From assembly GCA_951406725.2 (NCBI GenBank), contig OX597840.1, forward strand, positions 37,014,001-37,078,000: a DNA stretch of 64,000 nucleotides. Direction: 5' to 3'. The stretch comes from Octopus vulgaris (taxonomy: Eukaryota). Position 1 is the stretch's first letter, and the number at the start of each line of letters is the position of its first letter. Shown here piece by piece: positions 1 through 11,943 of the stretch. The position numbers were made by a program, and so were the translations under genes. The notes beneath the pieces were generated by a model. It was given only the letters and a program-made list of their open reading frames with translations. It searched no databases and was not told the DNA's origin.

Positions 1-520
1 GTTGATATTTTCATACGTCGTGATGGCACTTAGCAGCATACACCGTATGGGTTTGGTGCCGAGTGCTGCAATAAAGCGATGGGAATTAGTTTTGTGAAGA
101 CTGAGACATTTGTCCTTTCAAGAAAGTATTCCGAATATTCTCTGCATGTCAACGGAACATCACTGAGAAAAGAGGACGAATTTAAGAATTTCAGAGTGGC
201 ATTCACAAGTGAGAGACAACGGAAAGCTGAACTGGATGCTAGGATTACAAGTACTGGCACAGTAATAACCCAACTTCTGCATTCAATTTCTCAGAAGAGG
301 AGAGCTTGGTAAAGATGCCAAACACGCCTCCAAGTTCTCTCTATTCCAAACTTTATTCAGATAACATTGGTGAAATTGGTGCTACAAGAGAAGTAATTTG
401 CTCTCTGTGCCACGCTGTAACATCGAACTCAGCACCACAAGCTTTTAAAGCAGAGTCATTAACTACAGAGCTATCTGTAATCCAAAGCGATTTAAAAATA
501 GATGGGAGAACATACTCGAT
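1..520 (+). mobile_element. Decayed RTE-clade (Expander/Rex3-like) LINE reverse transcriptase fragment
   Basis: The frame of ORF 79..312, read from just upstream, gives GFGAECCNKAMGISFVKTETFVLSRK..LHVNGTSLRKEDEFKNFRVAFTSE..ELDARI. This matches the recalled RTE RT C-terminal pattern FAAECEAAGMRISTSKSEAMVL..VEEFKYLGVLFTSEG..EIDRRI. Stops and frameshifts follow downstream. Confidence 0.75.
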
Positions 521-869
521 TCGCACACTCAGATTGTTGGCGATATTTCGTTGTCCAAGCTTTAGGAAACATATCTAATCACACAGAGCCACGCCATTAG
601 ACAAACATGAATATGTGTATAATACACGATTAAAACCGATATATCAGCGATATAGATAATTTGTTATGAAAACGAAGTAAGATGTATTGTTACCGTACTG
701 CATGTCTCGGGTAATTCATTTATCATATGTAAACAATATTTCTAAATAGATACTCCAAATATTTCAGTTGATACACAAATGCTTGTGTATGCGTATTTGT
801 ATCCCTGAGTGTATATATATGTGTGTGTGTGTGTGTATATACGTATATACACACACATATTTATATTTG

Positions 870-1051
870 GTGAGAATTTACTAAAGACGAAGACGAGTGT
901 GTAAACAACAAACAGATATATTAGTTTAACGCTAGAGAAGTGAGAAAGTCTTTTATATTTCGAGCCTACGCTCTTCGACAGAAAGGAACACAGGAAGAAA
1001 CAGGGAGAGAAAATAAAAAAAAAGGTTTAGTGGCTAGCGATCTATCATGGC
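870..1051 (-). mobile_element. Short Penelope-like (pLTR-type) repeat with variant hammerhead motif, family H1
   Basis: Minus strand 985-950 reads CTTT CTGTCGA A GAGC GTAG GCTC GAAA TATA AAAG. A homologous copy lies at 26070-26230 and a partial one at 11735-11815; all abut TA/CA tracts. Confidence 0.6.
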
Positions 1052-1069
1052 GAATGTGTGTGTATGTGC

Positions 1070-1108
<39 letters not shown>

Positions 1109-2138
1109 CTGGCATGCAGACAAATATATATGTAAGCATATATATATATATATATATACACATACATACATACATACAAGTAGTAAACATAATGTATAAT
1201 TTCATAACTTAGAAACTGCTAAAAGGTAACCCAAATATATGTGAGTATATTTACACACATACATATACACGCATACCATATACACACGCATATATGTACA
1301 TACACGCGTGCCTATACATATGAACATATATCATAAGCGTATATAAATTTATATTTCACACACACACAAACTCGGCCTCACAAACGTTCCTTTATATTAA
1401 ACACTGCCAATCGAGAGTCATTGAAATGTGGAGAAATTTGTTTGCCTCGGGGCATTATCATGAGATTAATTGAATTTTCTAGTCAAAACGAGAACGTTAA
1501 ATGCTAGTTTATAGAATTAAAGGTACCGTTAACCTATAGAACGAAGGTGAGGAAATGGAAGAATGTAGAATTCCTAGTGCTCTTTCAAGATCATGTTTCC
1601 CTTAATTTCCGAACCTTGGCAAACTTGCAAACACTAACTGCAATTATCCGAAAAGGATGAAGCAATGCCAGAAAGAAATAAAAGAATATTTATCAAAAGC
1701 TATCCCTTCAATGAAACACATTAGACAATATTCTAAAGCTCGCTCAACCTTATCTTTGAGTGTTGTGAGTTTTTGTGGAAGTCTGTCTTTGTATGCTCGT
1801 CCATTTCTGTGTGTGGAACCGTCACAGAAATTTTGCTGTTGGCTGATTAAATATTGTAGTAATAAAAACCTTCATAATGTCGAATTTAGAAGAGAAATTA
1901 TGTATATGTGCGTCCACGTGTGTATGTACGTTTAACTTGCAATGCGTTCGTACGTGTGTCCTTGTGTGCTTTTGTATACGTATACACACACACACACATA
2001 TACATATATGTGTGTGTGTGTGTATTTGTAGCAATGTGCGTTTGTAGATATAGTTATGAGAAAATATGTATATATGTGTGTATATGGACATATATGTATA
2101 CACATTTATATATGATCATGTACACTAATATATGAAAG

Positions 2139-2200
<62 letters not shown>

Positions 2201-2248
2201 TGTGTACACACACACATATATGTATATATATCCATATGTGTATTCATG

Positions 2249-2294
<46 letters not shown>

Positions 2295-2972
2295 CACATA
2301 CATACATAGATCTATGTGTTTGCAGGTATGTATATAAGTATGTGGGAGCGGCCTTTTTGAGCCATAATTCTCATAAAAATCCAAAATTACGAGCTCCTTT
2401 GGCGACCTTAAGTATGTAACACTGAAAGACGTTCAACGAATAATGAGAAACAATGTTGTTAAATTGTTGAAGGCTTCAACATAAATAGAAAATAAAGAAA
2501 AACAAAAAGAATCTATTGCAGCATAGAATGACAATATGTGCGCTAATACCTCGTGGTTCTCTTCTGTAATAAAAGATTGCTTCTGTGGTTTCACTCGTTC
2601 AGGCTTTGTCGCAATGCAATTCTGCCCGAAACCAGCAAATATGAAGTAAACGGTTACGTGAAGTTTAAACACAGAAAGAGATGAGGACGAAAATCCTGTA
2701 CAGACACGAGCTGGTTCCTATTCGACTTGTCTAACGTTATCTGCCGAAGAAGCAAATACGTTGGGATGTGGTTAACATGAAATTATATAAGATGAATCAT
2801 AAGAGCTCAACGAGTAAGACAGATGTACCACCGAAGATGCTGCACAAATAGCTGTGAATAAATATAAATTGCTCACGGCTGAGGCATAAATCAAAAGCGA
2901 GGAAATAAAACGGAAAGAATAGATCTTCGAAATACAAATTTAACAAATACAATCTCTCTCTCTCACTCTTTC

Positions 2973-3031
<59 letters not shown>

Positions 3032-3269
3032 GTATATGTATATATATATGTGTGTGTGTGTGTGTGCTATTTCTATTTACTGCGAAGCACGCACACATGA
3101 CGAACACAAATGATGACCACCCACAAGTTTTTTCATCATCCAAATTCAACTCAAATTGTTTTATTTAAACCAAAGCCAAAGCTGAAGACACGACTGAACC
3201 GTGGACCCAAGTGTTTGAGAAGCGAATAGCATAAAGCCGCACGCGTCCATATGGATATGACAAGCTTCC

Positions 3270-3401
3270 ACACAGTTTCCGCCAACGAAGTTCATCCACA
3301 AGTTATTGGCCGACCTAGAGTTATTGTAGAAGACACTCACTGAAACTGGAACCAAGATGTTGCGAAGCGAGCTTCTTCACCACACAGCCATACTTGCGCC
3401 T
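3270..3401 (-). mobile_element. Degenerate SINE family B, 5' part
   Basis: Reverse complement begins aggcgcaagtatggctgtgtggtgaagaagctcgc, homologous to the head of 11944-12357. Confidence 0.6.
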
Positions 3402-3634
3402 ATGTACATAGAACTCAAAGACCCAGGCTTTTCACATTTTTGTCTCATTGATTCTGCCTGAGAATTACATTACGGGTACACTCGGTCAATGGCATTAATC
3501 TCACCAGTTATGGAGAATATAGGAAAAGCATCAGCAGAGCAAAGTCTTTCTGTTCGAGTCCAAAAGGAAAAGAAATTAATGAAGAAAGCAACATTGATTC
3601 CTTCATTCTTTGGGGTTCTTCGTCCAATTATTCC

Positions 3635-3900
3635 TGAGAGAGTCGTGGGAACAGAGTCCCCAAGCAGGTTTTCAATCGGATCTGGTCACAAGCCACCGTC
3701 TCCATTTGATCCAGCTGGATTCCCAAGCGAGACCAACCGAGCTTATGGATGGTGCTTAACCATCTTCATCGTGGGTCTCTTGCCGTTTGGCTCTTGCCCG
3801 TAAAAATCTGTCCAGCGATTCTTTGCTATCACAATCTTGTGACATGTCCGAAGTGCTGTGAAGAAGTGGCTCAATCCGGAGCGCTTGTCTCATACTAGAG
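3635..3900 (-). mobile_element. RTE-clade LINE 3' coding end, decayed
   Basis: Minus-strand frames give SSMRQALRIEPLL / FGHVTRL / RWLSTIHKLGWSRLGIQLDQMETVACDQ..LGTLFPRL. This resembles the RTE ORF terminus (EPLLLHIERSQLRWFGH..RW..LAWSRLGIP..VA.DR). Confidence 0.7.
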
Positions 3901-4600
3901 CGACCTACTCAATCGAGGAACGTTACATCAGAAATAAAATTCCATGACTGTTTGTGTCTAGCGAGAGATTCGAATTGAAATTTTGTAATGAAATTCAATA
4001 AGTTACATAAGAAAAATGCAGTTCTAACCATTTTCAAAACACATTAAAAAATGTGTTGAATTCATTTCTCAAACACTTCTTGCGATATAAGAAAAAACAG
4101 AAATTCGTTGCTCAAGTGTGGAAATACGTCTGTGATGAAGTTGCCGTTGGTCGACGAAAGCTTCAAATGTGAAGAAATGAATACAAACTGTGTTTAACCA
4201 TTGGAGAGTGTACGGCGTTTCCGAACGAATCAAGAAAGCAAATAGAGAACGCTGAGTAAAGGAGACAGACACCTCTCCACTTCCTATTATCAAACAGAAA
4301 TAAACAACAACAACAACAACTACAATAATAATAATAATAATAATTGGAGGAAAGAATCAATTATCAGTGAGTGAGTGAGACTTGTTTGAGTTTGAACGCT
4401 GAACCTCAAGTGTACTTATTGTTTGCATTCATGTGGGAGGCGGCATACTTTGTAATTTAGTTACTTTAAAATGGTTACAGAAAATAAATAAATAAATAAA
4501 TATCTTTCTCCCTCTTTGCATGTCTGTGTGTATGCATAAATAGCTAAATAGATAGATATAAAGATACGTGTGCATACATGTACTTAGGTATATATATGTG

Positions 4601-4702
4601 TAAACCCTCCTTCTTCCCTTCTTTCCTGAGCGTCCAATAATACTTTATTTGTTCCACGTCCTCACGTTGCTGTGTTTTTTTTTTGTGTTTTCTTGTTTGG
4701 AT

Positions 4703-4707
<5 letters not shown>
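4601..4707 (+). mobile_element. 3' fragment of hammerhead-bearing repeat family H2
   Basis: Near-identical reverse complement of 54432-54523 (ccctccttct..tttcctgagcgtccaataatact..cttgtttggattaac), ending directly in (TA)n. Confidence 0.7.
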
Positions 4708-4751
<44 letters not shown>

Positions 4752-4754
<3 letters not shown>

Positions 4755-5190
4755 TTCTTTTACATGTTTCAGTCGTTTAACTGCGGCCATGCAGGTGCAT
4801 TGCCTTTAGTTGAGCAAATCTACCCCAGGATTTATTCTTTGTAACCCTAGTACTTATTATATCGGTTTCTTTTGCCGAACCGTAAAGTTACGGGTACGTA
4901 AGCACACCAGCATCGGTTGTCAAGTGATATTGGGGACAAACACAGACGCACAAATATATACACACATACATAATACACACACACACACATATATATGCAT
5001 GTATATATATATAAATATATATATATATGACGGGCTTCTTTCAGTTTCCCTCAACCAAATCCTCTCACTAGGCTTTGGTAGGCTCGAGGCTATAGTAGAG
5101 GACACTTGCTCGAGGTGCTACGCAGTGGATTGAACCCAGAACCATGTGGCTGGCAACCAAGTTACTTACCACACAGACACTCCTGCACCT
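4752..5190 (-). mobile_element. SINE family B, near full length, with internal microsatellite
   Basis: Reverse complement is colinear with 11944-12357: tRNA-like head, internal (TA)/(CA) tract, tail ending gcatggccgcagt..ctgaaacatgtaaaag. Confidence 0.85.
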
Positions 5191-5311
5191 ATCACACACA
5201 CACACACACACACACCGATTTCTCTTTATCCTGTCTTCTCTCTCTCTTTTCCTATTTCTCTACCTGTCTATCTGTTTATCTATTTATCACAGAGTATATA
5301 TATATATGTAT

Positions 5312-5348
<37 letters not shown>

Positions 5349-6409
5349 CACCAGTATGAATACATTGAATATATGTGTAATTAGATAATTAGATCTCCAT
5401 ACCTATCTGCGTTTGGAAAATGGAGGTGAGGATTGGCAGAGATTGGCCTCCGACCGATGTAAATGTAAATTGTTATTTTTGCTCTCCTCTCTTCACCAAC
5501 CTCCACCACTACCCCACATACTTCCTCCACTAACAGCGTTATCATCTTCAACATCATCTCCCCCACCATCTCTCCCTACGTACCCATCTTCGTCGTCATC
5601 ATCATCATCATCATGATCGTCGTCTTTCCGAAATTATTCTTATTTTCGTCTCTCTTATCGTATTTATCCATCTTATCATCCTCTCTGCCATCGTTCCGTC
5701 TATCCATCATTTGCTAGAATTTATTATGATCTCTTTGATAGAAATCAACATGGCGACGAGTTTTTCTGTATGTTACTTCATAACACTCTTTCTTCTTGTC
5801 TCTCTCTCTCACCCACCTCTCAATTTCTCTCTCTCCCTCTACGTCTCTGTATTACTCGAAAATTCAGAAATATTCTTTAGTAATTAGCTGTTTTCCATAC
5901 GAAGACTTTTTGCCGTCTTCTTGCAAGCGTTATCACGATTCCAGTAGAGGAGATAACCAGTATATATAATATACATGCATACAGACACACACCTCTATAC
6001 ATACACACATACACTTCTATACATATATATATACATACATACACCTCTATACATACATATATACATACATACATATATACATACATACATTACATACATA
6101 CATACATACATACATACTACGTACGTACGTACGCGTGTGTGTGTGTGTGAAATATTTTTAGAGTCTTTTCTATCTTTGATGGTTATTTTTTCTGTTTTCT
6201 TTTTTCAATGACATTTTTTTTTATATTTGATATCATTTGACGTTATTGTTTTCATATTTGATGAAACGAAAATCACTGTTAAAGATTGCAGTCCTCCATC
6301 GAACAGAAGAGGAACGAAGAGGAATGAAGATCTCTATCAAGTCTATACAATCTAAAATTTATCTAGGCATGAACTTATACTCATTGTATTACGACTATCA
6401 TTAGCCTTA

Positions 6410-6443
<34 letters not shown>

Positions 6444-6938
6444 CATTATTATTATGGTTGTTGTTACTCTTCGTTGTATTTTCAATTACTGTTAGCTGTC
6501 AGCTTTTGCTCTGTTAATAAGAATATGATATCCGGTTTGTGTGTAGCATGTTGATTAAGATGGAATATTTGATTCGCCATCTCTGCCTCGCGTACTTCAA
6601 TACTGTAGCCGTTTCTCGAGTGATTGGACGAGGAGGATATGCTGCCGAAGCAGGTTAATGCTTGCCATGTGGTGGTGATGTGCTCTAAGTATCGCAAAAA
6701 TCCAGCCGAGTCGCTCAAATAATTGTCGGTTTCGAATCTGCTTACCTCGCATTCCAAATGCTATATTTTTTCTTCGTGATCCAAGAATGCTATTGAGATA
6801 ACTCTTTGTGATCGGAACTAGACTGTGACGAGTTCTGATTAAACTTCCTTCTTTCAGACCAATAAATATATTTAAAAAAAGGGTTTTTAATTTTTGAAAA
6901 AATACCAGCTATATCAGTGGGGGTGGGGGGAGTGAAGA

Positions 6939-7078
6939 CCATTACATCGATCCCACTGCTCATCTGGTATTTATTTTATCGACACTGACGGGATGAAGAA
7001 CCAAATCGATATCTCAAAATGTAAAGATGGGGGAATGCCGCTAAGCATTTTGCCCGGCGTTTTAACGATTCTACCAAC
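6939..7078 (-). mobile_element. SINE family A, degenerate
   Basis: Contains tattttatcgac..ggatgaa and ccgctaagcattttgcccggcg..taacgattct, homologous to 14993-15202. Confidence 0.7.
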
Positions 7079-7550
7079 AGGTAGAGATCTTCATTTGGTC
7101 TAAAGTTGATTTGGAGTTAATCTAAAATAACCAGAAGAACATATTTTGATTCCTTTAACGATACTATTGACAAGGAAAATCCAAGTGTGATAATGGCGAC
7201 ACTTGTTCTCAAAGCTTAAACTATAAAGGAAAGGACAATTTCAGTAGCAGAGTGTATTTACATAAGACTGTTATCCAAGGACATAATACGGAAGCAACCT
7301 GTAGACGTAACAAAGTGGTTCTTGGAATATCCAGGTAAGGCCTCGTCAAACACATGGTTCATTAAAACCCTTTGATCTATTCCATAAACCTTTCATTTGT
7401 AGGTCAGAATGTATCTGGTCCTGCGTTATCCAGTGTATCACATTCTATTTGAAAGACAATGGGGTTTAGCTGCTAAGTTTAGCAACTAGAGTCTCTCTCC
7501 CGTGTTCTTTACATTTAGTGAACCCTCTTGGTCAGACTTGATCAAAATAT

Positions 7551-7763
7551 TGATTTCTAATTTTGGTACAAGGCCAGTAATTTCGGGTGAAGGCGTACAT
7601 CGTTTGCATCGAATCCCGTGATTAACGGATACTTATTTTATCGACCCTGGAAGAATGAAAGGCAAAGTCGACTCCGGGGGAATTTGAACAAAGCCCTAAT
7701 TCGGATGTGATGTCACTAAGCATTTTATCCGGTGCGCTGATGATTCCGCCAGACAGCCACCTT
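7551..7763 (-). mobile_element. SINE family A
   Basis: Contains tatcgaccc..gaatgaaaggcaaagtcgac..gaatttgaac..taagcatt and the tail ttggtacaaggccag. Confidence 0.75.
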
Positions 7764-8227
7764 CGCCGTGATCAAAATATTACGATTTTAAATCGTATAT
7801 ACTACGATCACAATATTACAAAATACCATGGTGTCCAGAACAAAACGACTGCAGAGTACTTTGTCAAGGTAGTTCGATCCATAGCTCCACGTTCGACAAA
7901 TCTGGTGAATAAAATTCGGTGGAGGTAAATTATGCGGGAGAAAGGCGGAGTTGGTGTTACTGTCCCGGCGTTTAGACTTGAGTCGTTCTCCTATTTTACG
8001 GTACGAAATAGCGCTTAGATAATGCATTTATTAGCTTCCACTCTGTTGCAACAGGGGTTCCTCTCGCTACTCCCGAACACCGCAAAAAGGGTTCGAAACA
8101 GAGTAACACTGTTACTACCCCTTTGACCACACGTAGCTGCAAATGTTCAGTGAAACTGTTTTAGAAACTCTTTTGCTAACTCGGGGCCCGTTGGTGTCAC
8201 CAAGGTCTTTTGGTTACTCCCTATCTC

Positions 8228-8269
<42 letters not shown>

Positions 8270-8276
<7 letters not shown>

Positions 8277-8469
8277 GAAAGAAGGTTTGAAAATGCAATT
8301 TTAAAAGATGTTTATTTACTTTACCGGTTTCACTCTTTGGAAGTTACTTTTGACAATCTTTTTCCAAAGGGTGAAACTGGTAAAGTAAATAAACATCCTT
8401 TAAAATTGCATTTTCAAACCTTCTTTCGTATATAAGTTCACTCGTGCGGTACCCTACAACTCCACTTTG

Positions 8470-8470
<1 letters not shown>
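8270..8470 (+). mobile_element. Palindromic hammerhead-bearing mini-element in (TA)n (inverted pLTR-like), family H3
   Basis: Inverted arms of about 72 bp (8270-8342 vs about 8362-8434). Hammerhead relic at 8344-8388: TTACTT TTGACAA ..aaagggt GAAA CTGGTA AAGTAA. (TA)n on both sides. Confidence 0.7.
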
Positions 8471-8511
<41 letters not shown>

Positions 8512-9074
8512 GCTCGATAGTGACGGAGATACACTCTGTAAATACTCTCAGCATTATTCAATCCTGGCAGAATTGGCTGATGCCATGAACGTACGCAAGG
8601 AAATCTCTCTGAGATTGACTGATCGATCATAGCCTGTGATATGGCAATACATACAGAGAGGCAGGCAGAGTGATGGTGTCTGATCAACAGGATATTGTTT
8701 TATGTATTGATATGAGGAAAGGAATTACCATCAGATCGATGAAGCAGTCCCAACAGACGGTAAGATATCTATGAAAGAATCGCAAAATCTATTTAAATGT
8801 ACAATGATCCGTAGAGATTATCACGAATGGAGGGTTTAAAAATAGAAAGGATGACGAAAATAATGGAGAATTATTATAAAACATATACAGGCGAATACAT
8901 AAACAAAAACCTAATGGAAACGCATATAAATGACTGGCGGAAGATATATCAGTAGAAGGAGAGCTGTGTACATATTTGGATATTGAAGAAAGGAACGGAG
9001 CTGAGCTGCTTTGTGCCCTGGCATCATGTAAACTTGACTCTGGGGATTGGAAATTAATAACCACAACTGGTAGA

Positions 9075-9613
9075 AAATTCGGCACAAGGCCACAAGGCCA
9101 GCAATTTTAGAGCAGTAGTAGAGTCGAACACATTCATGCTGAGTGGTTAGAGCGGCGGGCTTACGACCGTGAGGTTGTGTGTTCGAATCCGGGACCGGGT
9201 TGCGTGTTGTGTTCTTGAGCAAGACACTTTATTACACGTTGCGCCAGTTCACTCAGCTGTAGAAATGAGTTGCGATGTCACGGGTGCCAAGCTGTACCGG
9301 CCCTTTTGCCTTTCCCATGAATAACATCTGTGGCGTGGAGAGGGGGGGGCTGGGATGCATGGGCGACTGCTGGCCTTCCGGAAACAACCTTGTCCGGACT
9401 GGTGCCTCGAAGGGTAACTTTCTAGGTGCAATCCCATGGGATTTCATAATCGAAGGGGGTTTCCGCGCTACTTGACTGGGGCTTATTTTATCGACCCCAA
9501 AAGCATGAAAGGCAAATTCAACGTTGGCAGAATTTGAACTCAGAACGTAAAGAGCTGAAAGAAATACTGCTAAACATTTGATCTGATACGCTAACTATTC
9601 AACCTACACGCCT
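9075..9613 (-). mobile_element. SINE family A interrupted by a CORE-type SINE
   Basis: Tail at 9075-9135 (ggcacaaggccagcaatttt..gtcga) and body/head at 9468-9613 (tattttatcgacccc..ggcagaatttgaactcagaacg) flank the 9138-9465 insert. Confidence 0.7.
9138..9465 (+). mobile_element. tRNA-derived CORE-domain SINE (family C)
   Basis: A-box-like gctgagtggttagagc and B box gttcgaatcc (9181-9190). Then tgtgttcttgagcaagacacttta..cagttcactcagctgtagaaatgag (9208-9270), which resembles the MIR/CORE domain. Second copy at 40725-40990. Confidence 0.75.
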
Positions 9614-9714
9614 TATCATCATCATCATCATAATCATTATCAAAATCATAATCTTGAATATCATCATCACCATCATTATCTTCCCCATGAGCATTAATGA
9701 TAATCGCGTTAATA

Positions 9715-9926
9715 GTTTCAAATCCTGGCACAAGGTCATCAGTTTTGGATTGTAAGGAGAGTCGATTAAATCGATTCCAGTGCTAAACTGGTGCTTATTT
9801 CATCGACCCCGAAAAGATGAAGAGCAAAGTGGTCCTTACTCGAATTTGAACACAGAACGCAAACGCTAACCAAAAGTCACTAAACATTTTTCCTGACTTG
9901 GTAAACATTCTGCCAGTACACCGCCT
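9715..9926 (-). mobile_element. SINE family A
   Basis: ggcacaagg..gtcgatt..ctggtgcttatttcatcgaccccgaaaagatgaa..gaatttgaacacagaacg..ttctgccag. Confidence 0.75.
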
Positions 9927-10309
9927 CATCATCATAATCATCATCATCATTAATATTGTTATTAGTAATGATGATGATGATTATGATGATGAAGATGAGT
10001 AAAGATGAAAGAATGGAGGAAATTAGGGGAAAGTGAAAAAAAAAATGGAAATAAAAGAACAAACAAAAAGAAATCCAAATTTGAATAAAATCCATTGTTC
10101 GCCCCGGCAAAGACAAACAAAACAAAATGGTGAAGATATTGAATTGCTTAAATTTGATTTTATTGATTGATAATTATGAAGTATTGAACTGCTACAACAA
10201 TAAACGCAGACGGAGAGACATTGTGACACGAAACAAAATGAAAGAAAGCAAAAGGCGTCAGGTTTGTGACAAGAGTGCGCAAATAGACATGTTTATGTGC
10301 GGGCATATG

Positions 10310-10333
10310 TGTGCGTCTGTTTATGTATGTGTG

Positions 10334-10364
<31 letters not shown>

Positions 10365-10878
10365 ATGTGTATGTATGTATATATATATATATGCATCTAT
10401 ATATACTGTATATATTCATATATGCATATTTATATACATATTACAGACATACATGTGTGTGTGCTTATGTGTGTATATATATTCATATATATGCATGAAT
10501 ATATATATATATACATGTATTTATATATATATAAATACATATATATAGATACATATATATATATATATGTGTATATACATATACACATATGTAGCATATA
10601 TATATATATATATACACATATATAGCATATATATACATATACACATATATAGCATATATATACATATACACATATATAGCATATATATACATATATATAG
10701 ATACATATATATATATAGATACATATATATATAGACACACATATATATAGACACACATATATATATATATATATATAGATACCTATATATATATAGACAC
10801 ACATATATATATATATATAGATACATATATATATAGACACACATATATATATAGACACACATATATATATAGACACAC

Positions 10879-10913
<35 letters not shown>

Positions 10914-11030
10914 CAAATAGAGCATATATATATATGTATATATATGCATATATACATATGTATAGCATAGATATGTATACATTTATACATAAATATATAG
11001 CATTTGTATATATATATAGAATATATATAA
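10310..11030. repeat. Compound (TA)n/(CA)n microsatellite block with higher-order units
   Basis: Alternating purine-pyrimidine tract with reiterated units gcatatatatacatatacacatatata and gacacacatatatatata. Confidence 0.95.
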
Positions 11031-11412
11031 ACTATATGCTTCTGAGTTTATGTATGTAGATATGTAAAAATGTGTGCGTATGTGCGTGTATTTGTGCATC
11101 ACACACGTTCACACAGAGGTACACACACACATATATACATATACACATCCTCGAACACACACGTATAAATAATGAAGCATATGTGCGCATACATATATAC
11201 AAAAGTATATGAATATATATATATATACATATGTGTGTGGGGGGTGGGGGCTACTTAAAGCCCGTTAGCTACAAAGTATATGCAGAAAGCCATCTTCGTA
11301 CATGAAGAGTAATAAACGTATACACACTCTTACTCTCAATCAACCGTTAAAAGTACATACATACATATCTATGTGTGTTTGTGTGTGTATATATGTGTGC
11401 ACACACTCTTAC

Positions 11413-11464
<52 letters not shown>

Positions 11465-11702
11465 ATATATATATATATATACGCATATATATTTGTGTAT
11501 ATATTCATATATACTATGTGTGTAGGTATATATGTAAATAGGTGTTATATATATATTTAAATATATATATGTATTCATGTATATATATATATATATATTT
11601 AAATATATATCTGTCCTTTGTCTACGTTTTTCTGATATCACTGTGTATTCAATACATTTTTCCTTTATTGTGTAACTGAACGTCACGCATCCCGAATTTT
11701 AT

Positions 11703-11734
<32 letters not shown>

Positions 11735-11943
11735 GTAGTTGAAATTTAGAGAAAAATAAAAGACGAAGGTACAACAAGCAGGTGTATTAGATTGAAGCAC
11801 GGGAAAATGGAGAGAGAATGAAAAAAATGGTAATGGCAAGTATATTCCTGTTTCGAGGCCTGAAGTTAACAATACTAAAAAATTACCCCGAAGACCACGT
11901 TTTTAGATACACATGTAGTACTTTTCAAGCTATAGCATCAGTT

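Noticed and set aside
6482-6850. Minus-strand 91-aa ORF as an exon or LINE relic
   Set aside because: No recognisable motif; only a faint RTE-like resemblance in other frames.
8073-8105. Hammerhead-like ..gttc GAAAC with ACTC/GAGT flanks
   Set aside because: The core box is a poor match and there is no NUH triplet before stem I'.
9138-9200. tRNA-like sequences (also the heads of SINE families A and B)
   Set aside because: A and B boxes are present but there is no complete cloverleaf, and they continue into SINE bodies, so they are not tRNA genes.
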